Assembly (NCBI GenBank): GCA_002189035.1 | Contig: NEEC01000014.1 | Coordinates: 124,001 to 188,000 of the forward strand | Source: Utricularia gibba | Taxonomy: Eukaryota > Plantae > Magnoliophyta | Direction: 5' to 3' | DNA length: 64,000 nt | In this document: positions 39,410 through 52,688 of the stretch, piece after piece | How the letters are laid out: each line of letters begins with the position of its first letter | Numbering within the stretch: the first letter of the stretch is position 1 | Made by a program: the position numbers and the translations under genes | The notes under the pieces: generated by a model | The model's input: only the letters and a program-made list of their open reading frames with translations | The model's database searches: none | Told to the model about the DNA's origin: nothing

Positions 39410-40080
39410 TGGATCGCAGATCACACACAAACATGTGGCCTGGTTTGTGCAGATTCATGAAGCGAAATCCTCCCTTGGTCCCTGAATCTGGTGGCAGCAA
39501 TGCCATAATGCGGATGAAAAGTTTTCCCGGCAATAGAAGATTCGGTATTAGACAAATGAGCAGGAAGCTTTTCAGATTAATTCACTCTCCCTAACTTTCA
39601 CCATGTTCAAGGCTTTGAGCATAGCTCTTCTTCTGTACATCCGTTGGTTCCCTGTGGGGAAAGAAAGGATGACCTGTTTAGCAGCTACGAGAACACTCAT
39701 TACGTCAAATCCTATGATCATACACCTATGGCTCCCCACTTCACGACTCAAACCTTCCAATTTGGACTTAATAGCTGGGATCCATCTCTTATGACGTCAA
39801 TATTCCCAGCTCTTTTGTAATCCATGCTTCATGAACCTCACGAGCGTCATTCTGAAGTTCATGCTCCGCAATTGCCAATTCCTCTCCAAGTGCCAGTGCA
39901 AGGATCCGAGTATCAGCCAGCAATGCCAGAATAAGGTCCGGGTGTTCCACTGCCAGGGAAACGACAGTCCATTTCTGGCATTTCCCCGTGTTCCTCACCT
40001 GTGCCATTGAGCGATGATTCATGAGCGCCCAGCCCCGAGGGAGAATCAGAATCGCACGATTCCTGGTTGACATCAGTAGT
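39410..40080 (-). pseudogene. Decayed FLX-like (FLC EXPRESSOR-like coiled-coil) gene
   Basis: Fragments LALLADTRILALALGEELAIAEHELQ, AREVHEAWITKE, WIPAIKSKLEGLSREVGSHR|EPTDVQKKSYAQSLEHG and EKLPAHLSNTESS follow recalled FLL1 blocks (GLLADNQRLAATHVALKQELEVAQHELQ; QIPTLTAEIENTKQELQRAR|AAIDYEKKGYAENYEHG; EKLRAEIANSETS) in order. GT-AG intron 39725-39652 is retained. Stops, frameshifts and an internal deletion are present. Confidence 0.65.
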
Positions 40081-41546
40081 CGTCAACCCACAATGGCACA
40101 ATGCAATCTTTTGCCAGCATAAGGCTTTTGCCCACCACACAAACCGCTTTTGATGAATTGCATGCAATAAATCCAATGAAGAAATGCATTGAGCAAATGA
40201 AGTTCCATAACCTTGTTCAAAAAGAAGCTTCTCCTCGCTTGTTGGTAAAGAATATCACATGGCACCAACTCACTCACTTGCAGTTCCAGGTGCCAAACAA
40301 GCACCATAAGAATTCACTTGTAATCTATACTTTGTTCATTTATATCATGAAAGTAGGATCAGGACATACTTATTAATTTTGTATCAGCTATTATTTGTAG
40401 CACCAATCCCACAACAACATGGGCGTCCATAAATGCAGGATAGGATGCGTATTATGAAAGTCAGAAGCCATTAATGCTGAGCCCAAAGTCAGAAATACTT
40501 CATTAACGATCTTCGCCATCCATTAATGCTTTTTATAGAATTGCCTCCGCTTCACTCCAGTGTCGGTCAACTCATTATACCTCTCTTACATTACATACGA
40601 TGAAAAAAAGATTAATGAATCCTGTTGTTCTAGGACTAAGTTTCAATGGATCATTCTAATTCATTTATTTATATATATTAAATTTAATATTTCTAATTTC
40701 GGGAGGATATATATACCTTGGAGATAATATTTGACTTTTTGTGTGGTACGTGAGATGATGATTCGTATTTTGCATAATGCAATGCAGGTGCAGCAGTACT
40801 TAAACTTGTTGAAATGGGATGGCGGTTCATCTGTCTTTGGGCATACCTTTTTCTTTTTCTTTTATTTATTTTTTTATTTACTGGATGAATTAATTTACAT
40901 TTCAAAATCTTGGGATTAATGGCGTATATATATATAAGCACAGCGTAGAGGGGGCTGGAGTGGAGTTCCATGCCTCTCGCTCTTTGATCTCTTTCTCTGA
41001 CGCTCGCTCCGGCTCACGTGGATTCCGTCTGCTGCATTTCTCGGGGATTCCTTGATACTGCTTCTCCGATTTCTTCGCTTGCGGCTCGATCCTCTCGCGG
41101 AATTTATATTCTTGAATAATTTCTTACAGGTTATCGGTTTTTCTCTTGATCCTTCTTGAATGCGTCCAATGCCTGAGTATTATTAACTGCGTGTTGTTTT
41201 TATACCCTTGGATCTGCTTGTTTGCTGGTCATGTAATGACTTCAGTTTCGTGTGTGTTTGCATTTGTCGAGTTTGGTGAGAGGAATGCATCATTTGCTCG
41301 GATCTGCACATCTGAAGTGTGTTGATTTCAGACTTGATCTTTTATTCGGAATTGCAGATTTATTTTTAATGATTGTTTTGTCTATGTTTTCATGAAGCTA
41401 TTCGACCAAGGAAAGAGTTTAGTTAGTCTGGTTATCGTATGGAACAGAGAAGTTGACCAGTTTTTTTCCAACTTTCTATGCCAATGGTTTCGTGTGGACA
41501 TACTGAAAAGCTGTACACGTGCTTCTTTTGCAGACACTTAGCAATA

Positions 41547-43651
41547 ATGACAACATTTAAGCCGAAAAATATCCTCATCACCGGTGCTGCTGGATTTATA
41601 GCTTCTCATGTTGCTAACAGGCTTGTCAAAAACTACCCTGATTACAATATAGTGGTCCTTGACAAATTGGACTACTGCTCGAATCTTAAAAACCTCAAGC
41701 CGTCGTCGTCCTCGCAAAATTTCAAGTTTGTCAAAGGAGACATTGCCAGCGCTGACCTTGTTAACTATGTTCTCATTACAGAGAGCATCGACACCATAAT
41801 GCATTTTGCTGCTCAGACGCATGTTGACAATTCTTTTGGAAACAGCTTTGAGTTCACAAAGAACAATGTTTATGGCACTCATGTGCTTCTGGAGGCATGT
41901 AAAGTTACTGGACAGATCAAAAGGTTCATTCACGTTAGCACAGATGAGGTGTATGGAGAGACGGATGAGGATGCAGTTGTGGGAAATCATGAGGCTTCGC
42001 AGCTACTTCCCACAAATCCATATTCTGCTACTAAGGCTGGGGCTGAGATGTTGGTGATGGCTTATGGAAGATCTTATGGATTACCTGTGATCACCACTCG
42101 CGGTAACAATGTTTATGGGCCTAATCAGTTTCCTGAAAAGCTGATCCCCAAGTTTATTCTTCTAGCTATGAAGGGAAAGTCTCTTCCCATTCACGGGGAT
42201 GGCTCGAATGTGCGAAGCTACCTTTTCTGTGAGGATGTAGCTGAGGCATTTGAAGTGATCCTGCACAAGGGAGAAGTTGGTCATGTATACAACATTGGAA
42301 CAAAGAAGGAAAGGAGAGTTATAGACGTAGCCAAAGACATATGCAAATTATTCAACATGAATCCAGAAAACAGCATAGAATTTGTAGAGAATAGACCATT
42401 TAATGATCAACGCTACTTCCTTGATGACCAGAAGTTGAAAAATCTGGGATGGTTTGAAAGAACCTCTTGGGAAGATGGGCTGAAGAAAACTATGGAGTGG
42501 TATACTAGTAACCCTGGTTGGTGGGGTGATGTCTCTGGAGCACTGCTTCCTCATCCCAGGATGCTGATGATGCCCGGTGGAATGGAACGACAAACTGAGA
42601 AGTTCGAATCTGGGAAGATTGATCGTTCGAAGGCCACCCGAATGTTAGTTCCTAGTACAAAGATCATTCAAAAGCCAGCCTTTAAGTTCCTGATCTACGG
42701 CAAGACTGGTTGGATTGGTGGTTTGCTTGGTAACCTGTGTGTGAAACAGGGCATTCCTTTTGAATATGGAAAGGGTCGTCTAGAGGACCGCTCACAGCTT
42801 GTTTCTGATATTCTTGCTGTTCGTCCAACGCATGTCTTCAATGCTGCTGGAGTTACTGGACGACCCAATGTGGACTGGTGTGAGAGTCACAAAACTGAAA
42901 CGATAAGGGCCAATGTTGTTGGTACATTAACCTTGGCAGATGTCTGCAGAGAGCATGATATCCTGTTGATAAACTACGCCACTGGATGCATTTTTGAGTA
43001 CGATGCTACTCACCCTGAAGGCTCTGGTGTGGGATTTAAGGAGGAAGACACCCCAAATTTTACTGGGTCTTTTTATTCAAAGACCAAGGCCATGGTAATA
43101 TCATTTCAGAAACACACACTCCTCCCTTATGTGTATAATGACCTCTCACGTCTTCAAAAGTGACTTCTTTCCTCTAACCCTATACTGGATGCTTTCATTA
43201 GGTGGAAGAGCTGCTGAAAGAGTATGACAATGTTTGCACACTCAGGGTTCGAATGCCCATATCCTCTGATCTAACGAACCCTCGCAACTTCATCACCAAG
43301 ATCTCCAGGTACAACAAGGTGGTCAATATTCCCAACAGCATGACAGTTTTGGATGAGCTTCTCCCGATTTCGATCGAGATGGCAAAGCGGAACCTTCGTG
43401 GCATATGGAACTTCACCAATCCTGGTGCGGTCAGCCACAACGAGATCCTCGAGATGTACAAGAAGTACATCAACCCTGAATTCAAATGGACCAACTTCAC
43501 TCTCGAAGAGCAAGCCAAGGTGATCATCGCTCCCCGAAGCAACAACGAGCTGGATGCTTCCAAACTGAAAAAGGAATTCCCGGAAATGCTTTCCATCAAG
43601 GAGTCATTGATCAAGTATGTGTTTGAACCCAACGGAAGAAGTCGGGTCTGA
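41547..43651 (+). CDS. RHM: Trifunctional UDP-rhamnose synthase; exons 41547-43094 and 43202-43651
   Basis: KNILITGAAGFIASHV (GxxGxxA); YSATK; second domain FLIYGKTGWIGG; YSKTKAM|VEELL; NPRNFITKI. TATA at about 40924 and 5' UTR intron about 41129-41533. Confidence 0.97.
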
Positions 43652-44262
43652 GTCCGAAGACCCGCTGCCGCGTTGCTGATGAATGATCTTCCCCTTCATA
43701 CGCCTCAGCCTCAGTTTTTCGCTTGTGTTACTTTATTACTTAGGTCAGAGAAGGACGTAACACCAGGCATGCCCTGTTCGGCAATTCATTTGTTCACGTT
43801 CCATTTGGAAGCAGGCTGCTATGAATAAACCGTTTTCAACTTGAAAAACTTCCGAAGTGGTTTCCATTTGTGTTACAAGTTAACTCTGCAAAGATAAAAA
43901 TCGGTAACGAAGAAGTGCTCGTCATATTCTGTTGACTTTTCGACTCTCTCTGCAGCAAAGCAAAGTTTCTCCTGGGTCGGGGTTCAAAGGGGCGTTCAGC
44001 CAGCTTTGCTGAAAGCGAACTCCGGCTCCAGCGTCAAAAAGAGACCGGGTCCGATGGTGTGAAAGGGCCAAGTGTTCTCTCACGATAAAACTACTCCCCA
44101 AGTGGGTTCGGTTTTCGTTAAACGCATGTTATTATATTTACTGTGCTGTGGTCAGCGTATCCTGATAAAACACATTAGAATCTTACTATTTGAATGACTG
44201 CTCTGGCTTCTCAGCACACCACACATTGAAGATATGTACATACATTCACAGTGTTAATGCCA

Positions 44263-46712
44263 TCAGAACTCAAACCCAGTATTCAACTGGACAGAGAGTG
44301 CGGGATGACCTCCCAGGGGAGCTTCCAACTTCACAACTACCCCAGCATCCCCAACATTCCCATTCCACTTGGACCTGCCGACCTGCACACTCAAACATAT
44401 ACCAGATTAACACCTCACAATTCTCCTAAAATTTGTCTGCATCAAGCCTAAATTAAAGGCTTACAGAAACAGATGCAAATGCTGAAGGACGATCGTTTGC
44501 AACAGCACACCCACAGATAAGACTCAATTCCTCTTTCACAGAATGTAATAGTTCCATTTGCACGCCCGGCTGACTTCCACTGAATGCCAAGCACACGCTG
44601 AAACACACAAATGTGAAAGTCTTCGAATTTAAGTTGGTCGAGCATACAGCTCCATCAATTTAAGAACTCATCAGTAAGAGTCCATACAAAACTTTCCAAG
44701 TGCAATGAAGCAGTGTAATTCAAAAGGATATGCAGCTCAAGAAGGGGAAAAAGTATAGCGACCTGAACTGGGTAGCTGGCTTCACGATGAGACCAGATCT
44801 ACGCCATGTCAAAGTCTGTTCCATCCCCAACGCAAATGATTTATCAGGCCACTGAATGCTGGGTGTTACACGAGTTCCCCACTTGTTCTACAAAATTTTC
44901 ACACCAATGACATTCCTATAGTCATTTATCTTCATAAACATGAGTGCCATTACACATTGCCAAAAACATGCAAGTTAAATCGGCTCACTTCATTCTAATT
45001 ATGCAAAAAACATTATACAAACAATCATTAATGTTTCTCGTTAGCAAATTTCCCGGACATGGCATTGCAATTACCTTCATTGACAAACTAATTTGCACTG
45101 CTCCTGGGTATCGACCACGTGCTTGAAGTAACCAACCCCAAAGATGTCTAAAGGCACTAATCGAGACACCCTCACCAGATGTATAGGTAATCTGGCCATT
45201 TGGAAACTGCAGGTCCATGAATGACTGAACGAACAAGAAAAATGAATTAGCAGTCAGTCCACTTTAAGTGAAGAAAAAATGTAATAGAAATCTATCTCCA
45301 AATCAATTCGGGAAAACAAATATGGCAGGAATAAAAATCTATATCCAATCAGACAGAAATTTTCCTTAGCTCTATCATCACTCCGATGCAGAACATAAAT
45401 ACAAGAAATGAAACCACAGTGTCAACTATTATATGAAAGATGGCACTTACGCAGGCCAAAGGGTTGAGATGCATAGTTGACATGAATAGCCATCTCCTGT
45501 GTTTTGACCAAACGGCTGGGCATATAGAATGCATTCTGTTCTGTTTAGACAAAGAAGCTAATAAACATATATGGAACACAAGTTAACCAACAGGAAAAGA
45601 AAACTGGATGATTGCGGGGGGAAAAGGTGGGGAATCATGATAGGGGAGTACCTTTCTGTCATATCCATACCACAAGAAGTGCTGATTAGAGAAATGCACA
45701 GGCAAAAGAAGCGTAGAATCATGAAAAAGGAGTATAGGCCCAAGCTGAAGCAGGAAAAGTGGCCGTTTTTCATTCGTAGATGATGAATTCCCCTGTGAGG
45801 CCTCCACTCTCCACATGTCCCTTTGGCAACCAGAGAACTTTCCGCTTTACCAGTTCTGCTGTTGTATGTTGTTGACATATTAAAGCTACCCTAAATTCGA
45901 ACCAAAAAACATGTAAGAACATGAATGATGAATCAAGGGTGAGATACAGGGCGTGCTTCGTGACAAGCCTTTCTAACTCGATTCTTTTGAATGATTTTTC
46001 ACCTTTACAGAAAAAAGCAGTTACCTTGACCTTGTGAAGAACTTTGTTAACATAACATTCCTAAAACTAAAACTTCACATGCTTTTCCAAAACTAACGAT
46101 TTCAATCTCCACAGAGTTATTCGTGCATTCCACTTTGAAATTCCCAAAAAATCCCTGATAAATTATCAAAACACACTTCCATCAAGTTCGTATCTTCACC
46201 TGTAAACGGCCAAAAAGTTTCAAAATTTTTTCACTGACACCATATCCCTCCTCTTGGGAAGAGGACGAAGTCTCTGCTGATATCCCGTCCTCCGAGATCC
46301 CATAATCCTTGAACTGCTCTGGAAGAGATTTCAAATCTTCTCCCAATGCAATACCAATGTTTGCCCCTTGGCTATGACTCTCTATCCCCCTGAGCAACCC
46401 CACATTCTCATTTCGGAAAGGCGTAGGAAATCGCCTAGCAAACTGTTCAACCACACCATTTACACTTGCACCAAAATCAGCACCCACCTGTCCGATTCTG
46501 TAAGTTAAATCGTCAACAGAGAGACCGAAATCGTTTTTGATGAAATTCTGGATCGGAAACTCGAGACTGGGTGTAGAATTTGGCCATGAAAACGATGGAG
46601 GTGTAATATGAGAATGAATTAACTCCGAAAACCCCTGCGCAAGCTTATCCGCGATGTCCATCCCATGCCTCTGAACTTCCTCCAACGCCTCAAACGATCT
46701 CTCCACAGACAT
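44263..46712 (-). CDS. Uncharacterised conserved plant protein (At3g14830/At1g53450-like)
   Basis: MSVERSFEALEEVQRHGMDIADKLAQGF; GDMWRVEAS (needs +1 G at 45819-21); LFLLQLGP...HFLWYGYDRK; CPAVWSKHRRW; LQFPNGQITYTSGEG; GRSKWNGNVG; end SVQLNTGFEF* (44263-65). Confidence 0.88.
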
Positions 46713-47342
46713 CAATTCAGGTCTCCCGGTGATCCAACGAGCAACTCCGACAATATTCACATTAAGAACTAGAAATCACAACTTCTATAAAAGGGGTTGA
46801 TCAATTCAACAACACAGCGTCGCGTCAAACGATCCAACGGACAGATAAGCAAGGCAAAAATTCAAGCCTCACACGACGATCGGTATAAAAAACCACTGCG
46901 AATTTCCAATTCCGGCGGTTGTTGCGTCGCACGACAACGTTAACACGTTTTGAGATTGTGCGTGTACTCATGACGAGGTGAAGAAATTCATTTGAAAAAG
47001 AAAAGGCTGCAGCCTGTAGGCTAGCAGTTATTGGGCTGACACGGACCATCAATTAGAAAGGTAGTCATGGTCCGGCCTGCCAATCTCGGACCAGGCTCAT
47101 TTACCACACAGATCGAGCCCAGCCCAAGATAAATTTGGCAAATTTGTAATAAAGTAAATTATAAGAAATATAATTTCACAAAGAATAATAATAATAACAA
47201 CCACAGAAAGGATGCAAAGTTGTTTGAGTCGAAGCGCAAACTTCTCCCTTGAACTTCTCATGTCCGCACCTTGGAATGCATTCGTCTCCCTCAAATACCC
47301 CACCCCCACCACCACCAACACCCAGTGGGAGAAGAGGAGAAA

Positions 47343-47828
47343 ATGGCAAGGGCCTCGACTCTCATCTCCATCATGGCCATAACCACAGCATTTTCCCTCG
47401 GCCTCGCCCACAACACCCCGCAACACTTCCACGTCCAAGGCCACGTCTACTGCGACCCATGCCGCATCCAGTTCGAGACCCGGCTCTCCATCCGCCTGGC
47501 TCGTGCCCATGTCCGTCTCCAGTGTAGACGAACCGGCGACGACATGATCACCTACTCCGTCGATGGGGTCAGCGGCCACGACTGTGGATACAGCCTCGAG
47601 GTGGTGGATGACCATGAGAACGATGTGTGTGAGGTCAGGGTTCTGAGGAGTCCCACGCCGGAGTGCGCGGTGCCTATGGGGGATCTGGCGAGGTCGCGGA
47701 TCCAGTGCACTGATAACATTGGCATGGCCAGCCCCATTCGCTACGCTAATCCTTTGGGATTCATGACGCCTGCGGCTGGACCCCTGTGCGGCCCCCTACT
47801 CTTCGGCATGGGCATCTTCACTCATTAA
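47343..47828 (+). CDS. Pollen Ole e 1 allergen family protein, intronless
   Basis: Signal peptide; FHVQGHVYCDPCRIQFET matches the Ole e 1 signature; HENDVCEV; RYANPLGFM. Confidence 0.92.
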   Translation: MARASTLISIMAITTAFSLGLAHNTPQHFHVQGHVYCDPCRIQFETRLSIRLARAHVRLQCRRTGDDMITYSVDGVSGHDCGYSLEVVDDHENDVCEVRVLRSPTPECAVPMGDLARSRIQCTDNIGMASPIRYANPLGFMTPAAGPLCGPLLFGMGIFTH

Positions 47829-49024
47829 GAAAACCAACAAAATTATTGTTGTGATTTGTGGAATGGCCAGATGAAAAATGAATGAATAAACCAACAGGAA
47901 TTACGCAACTCGCATTGCTTCAATCAAATAACAGTTCTGCACTAATCATAGCATCTCACAATATACACTACGCTCACAGTCTCCAGAAAGAAAGCACATT
48001 CCAATGTATCTGATCTCGCATGCGAATACATTATAATTTTGCATTCCTTGTTTAAACCAGCAAGTCAGCACATTTCAACTAAAAAATAACTGCAGAACAA
48101 GCGGAATATCCCGAAAAAGTTCTCTCAGCAATGCATCATATGAGCATATTCCAACCTCATTCATATTCAGATTATACTCACAATTTCAAATTTCCACCAA
48201 AGATCCACAATTTAAAAATATTTTGGGATAAAACCATTCCGCATTACCATCTCAAGATAGAAAAAATCATCAAAAGATTAGAAAATGAAAGGTTGTCGCA
48301 TCTGTTCTTGATGATCTGAGGGAAATCAAGTCTGACGAAAGGCCACGCAGTTTAGGCCATCATCCGTAACTCCACCATCAGAGGACTTATCCCATTCGAC
48401 AGAAGCCATTGCATGCTTGAAATCAACAATAGCGATTCCAAAATACGAGGCCAAACTCCTTCGGAGACGATGGCATACTCCATGCATTATTCGAGCAACC
48501 TCGCGCAGGTAATCGATTACCAATTCCGGTGAATCTCTCCTTCTTTCTTCAAGATTATCTTGCAAATGCTGCTAATCAACTGTAGATATTCTTCGCTTTC
48601 TGTATCACTTTTTGCTTGATTTTTATAATTTGTATACCCTTTTTTAGAATGAATATAGTTATTTATAATACAGATGCAAATTCAAATATAAAATGATTTA
48701 AATTTGTACCCTAATTTTGGAATAGGCCCGTTAGGGGTTTTTTTTCTTTTTTTCCGACAAGTGACGCCATTGTGGACGGTTGTTTCCGGGGTTCTGTGAG
48801 TTGTAGCCCGCACTTGGGTGAACTTGAAGTTAGTTATCGGAGCCGAAAATGAGAAAGAAATCTAGCGAATTTTGCACCTTTTAATTTTCGGTTGTCGGGA
48901 ACTCGGGGATCACCGGGTGTTACGCGAATTTTGAAGGACAACATAGTGTTAGAGCCAAGACGGTTCCTGGGTCTGATTTCATAGTCCTCCGGCGAACCAA
49001 GGGGCGGAAATATCTGAATAGCCG

Positions 49025-51809
49025 ATGGGTAGGCCGCCAAGCAATGGAGGCCCCTCCTTCCGTTTTAATCAAGCTGAGGTGATTCACAAGACTCCGCTAC
49101 CCTTTTGAATTATTGTGTTTTGATTGTTGGCTTGTTGCTTCATTTCAAGTTCTAGACATGGTGTTTCATGTTGGTTGCATTGCGTCTGTTCTAGCTGCCG
49201 TTTCGCCTTGAATAATCCACTGCGCGCTAATATGGAGTCGGTATTTTTTGGATGTTGAAATTTTATTTGAACACGGTTAGAAATTGTACATCTGTTTTGT
49301 GCTTTCCGTGTCTATATAAAGCTAAATTCTAGATTTTTTAACTTGCGAACGCCTCTCCACGGTGTTTGCGTTGTAGTACAATGTGGTTGAGCCTAAGTGT
49401 CTATATGCTTTTTTCTGCCGATATGTAGTATGTTTTGGTGTGAATGTCTTTTATGATCCTGAGGATGATGCCGAAAGCCTTCTCATGATTTATTTTCTTT
49501 TTTCGAGCTGTTCATAGGTAGGAGAAATGGAATCTATTCTGCAAGCACACCAGTATTTGGTCCCCCCACGCGAAGTGCTTGATGCACTTGCCCAGAGATT
49601 CAGGTTGGTTATTTAGAATTCTGCATTGTGCCGGTCTATGTATGTAAAAGTGCGATTTTTTTTTTTGTAGTACATCAGCAGAAAGATATGGAAAGGTGGA
49701 AGTTTCTGCAAAACAAGTATGGAGCTTTTCTCTGTATATCTTCTTTTAACTCCTTTATGGCTGTTTTAGATTATATTTAGCTGCATACAACAGGTGTGGA
49801 ACTGGTTCCAAAACAGGCGCTCTGCCCTTAGAGCCAAAGCAGCTAGGGGAACAGTTCCTGCACAGGTGAATGCCCCTGCTTTGCCTCAACATGAACAATC
49901 TGTTTTAAGAAATATGCCTCAGGCTCCTCTCCATCAAGTTCTTCATCCTAAGGATACTCAGCCTCAGGCTTCTGCTGCAAGTAATATGTTTAAGACATAA
50001 AAAAAATTCTAAATACTTGTTCCTTCGGATGTACCTCTAAAAACAATCGTGTATTTTATTTTATCTGGTTTTTTCGGTGTGTCTATACAGCTTCGTTAAG
50101 GAGCATTCCAACTGCCTCCTCACATGCTGCTTCTGTGCAATCAGGTGTGCTTTCTAAATGCATTTGAAAGAGATCTCGCTGGTGTTTTTTTGGCATATTA
50201 TCTAATGTATTCAGTTTTGTCAGCTTAGAGAATGAAGCCGACACTCATAATAGTAGAAAAATATCTGTTATTCTTTCTTTTCTCGTCTTATTACCATGCC
50301 TCTCCTTTTTGGGGGAGCCGTTGTTATATTAAGTCAAGTAGGATTCCCTGTCTCAATAAGCAATCCTTTTTTAGTAATGCTCTCTCTAATTTTCTGTGTT
50401 GACATGCAGGAAGCCATGCTGCCGAGAATTCTGTGATGGAGTTCGAAGCAAAATCTGCCAGAGATGGCGCTTGGTCAGTCGCTTAAATTGATGTTTTGTA
50501 AGTATTCTTTGAGTAGGTTAAGTGAATGTTGAACTTAGCTATTACTGGTTCAGGTATGATGTTGCATATTTTTTGTCACACAGAGCCCTGGAAAGTGGAA
50601 ATCCGGTAATTCTTAATGCCTGTAACCATTTTAAAGCTCACCAAGTTCGTTTCTCTTATATTACTGTATGCAATTGTTTTATTTTTGCGTTTCTGGAATT
50701 AAAAAAACCAAACTTTATTCCTACTGTTGACCCTCTTTAGTCTCCAGTTTGAACATCTTTATGTTATGTGGGGTATAAGGACAATAAGTCGAGTTCCATC
50801 TGCCTTAATCTGCGTGTACTTGGTTATCTTCTGGGTTTCTGTTACAAGGACAATATATTCAACCTCGATTATATTCATTTTCGTATAATATTTAATTTTC
50901 TATCAACTCTGTGTTTACGTGGGATCCTGTAGGAAGTGCTGGTTCGTTTTTCTGGATTTGGAGCTGAGGAAGATGAATGGGTCAATGTTCTTCGTCTTGT
51001 TAGGCAGCGATCTCTTCCATGTGAATCATCAGAGTGTGTTGCTGTTCTTCCTGGGGATCTTATCTTGTGCTTTCAGGTTAGTGTTATTTCATCGATGAGA
51101 AAAGATATGGCAGGACAAATATTGCCTCAGAAGTCTTGCAAGAAACTGTCGATTGATCGTGTGAGGAACTAAGGTCTCTCTTACAGGAGGGCAAAGAGCA
51201 AGCATTATACTTTGATGCACACGTTCTTGATGCCCAGAGGCGGAGGCACGACAAGCGAGGCTGTCGTTGTAGGTTTCTTGTGCGTTATGATCATGACCTA
51301 TCAGAGGTATCTCTTTCTTCACGCAAAGGGGCTGATGTGTCTGGCTAAGAATATCTTAGTGTGCTAATTCTTCTTTTCCAGGAAATAGTTCCCTCAGGAA
51401 GATTTGTCGTCGCCCTGAAACTGACTACCGGCTGCAGCAACTTCATGCAATACCTCCAAATGTCAACCAGCAGAAGCCCATTATAGAGACTCAATCAAGA
51501 AGTGTGTTGGAGGGGGTGACCACGCAGCAGCCGAAGGCCAACCAAAATGTGCATAATGTACCCACAACCACCGCACTCGGAGGTTCATCTCTTCCTGCTG
51601 CCTCTGAGCCCTCCGCGGCTGCTGTCAGTGTTAACCCCTCCAGTGAATCTGCTACGCATACTGTAGCTGCCCCTCTGACGGCCTCATCAGGACCAAGCAT
51701 CATACCGCCTGCCACGGCTGCTGATACCACAACCGTGGAGTCTTCCATTTCAACATCGAATCCTTCTGCTGCGGATTCCAAGGGAACGCAGCCCCAGCCT
51801 GACGGTTGA
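49025..51809 (+). CDS. SHH2: SAWADEE homeodomain homolog 2
   Basis: [18 protein letters not shown]; homeodomain VWNWFQNRR; SAWADEE domain [13 protein letters not shown]|[59 protein letters not shown] (+1 C at 51391-93); long Ala/Ser/Thr/Pro tail. Confidence 0.93.
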
Positions 51810-52688
51810 GCCTCGACCTCCCACAGTAGTTTATAGTCTTCAGAACTCTAGAATCGGTCACAGTCTGGTATTAGAAGATTCTTGGCAACCTGCTGCGACA
51901 CTCGAATGTAACATTACTACTAGCCTACACTCTAACCTTCCGACTTCTCAATCTCATTTAACATTGAGCGAAAGTAAGATGCAGGGAACCGAGGGGAGCC
52001 GGTGCAAATTCCAGAATCCCTGAAATAAAAAGGAGCACCAAAACCAAATATCTACACTTCTGAATTGTAGCAGGCAGTGGGCTCAGAAATCTTGTCTTCT
52101 CGGACAGCCAAACAATGGGCCCTTGCTTAGCCCTGTAAACGTATCTGAGTGCAAGAAGGGTAGGGGACTCGGCAGTGTAAGAAGCCATCGAGCTCGAAAT
52201 GTGTAGTCTAGACTGCTGCAAGCCGGCCCCAGTAATTTGTTCTGGGCCAGAACTTTCATGCTCTTAGATGAGGCCCTAAAGCGTATCAACCAGCGGGCTC
52301 GAAATATTCGGCTCAAGCCCTTACTAATTTAGCAACTGTTTCTGGACGTTGGACGAGTTTTATTTCAGTTACCCGGTTGAAGATAGTAATTCCTGCGACC
52401 AGGAGAAAAATGCGGTCCCTGCAAATGTTGCCCTTCCATCGGTTGTGACAATCGGAAATTGCGTCCCGCCGCCGCAGGAATCGGGTCTCCATTCCCTGTC
52501 TCCTCCCCCAAAGTAACTCATTAACTACTAACAAAATAAGTCTTTTGGTTATCAGCATTTGGCTGAGATGATGCGCAAACCAAGAACAACCGGACGTAGA
52601 AACCAAATCCCCAGCGCCGAGCACTAAATTGATATCAAGAAAGGGCAGAAATCGTCAATCCAATTCCCATTCTCAAATCTCTCTTCAA

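Noticed and set aside
39410-40300. HEI10 remnant, since HEI10 neighbours RHM2 in Arabidopsis as I recall
   Set aside because: No RING or other HEI10 motif apart from a chance TPGP; the FLX-like blocks fit far better.
47084-47101. miR166-like TCTCGGACCAGGCTCATT
   Set aside because: 14 nt match, but one T is missing, the 3' end diverges and there is no miR166* arm, only an 8-bp local stem. It lies in a promoter, and a chance match is plausible.
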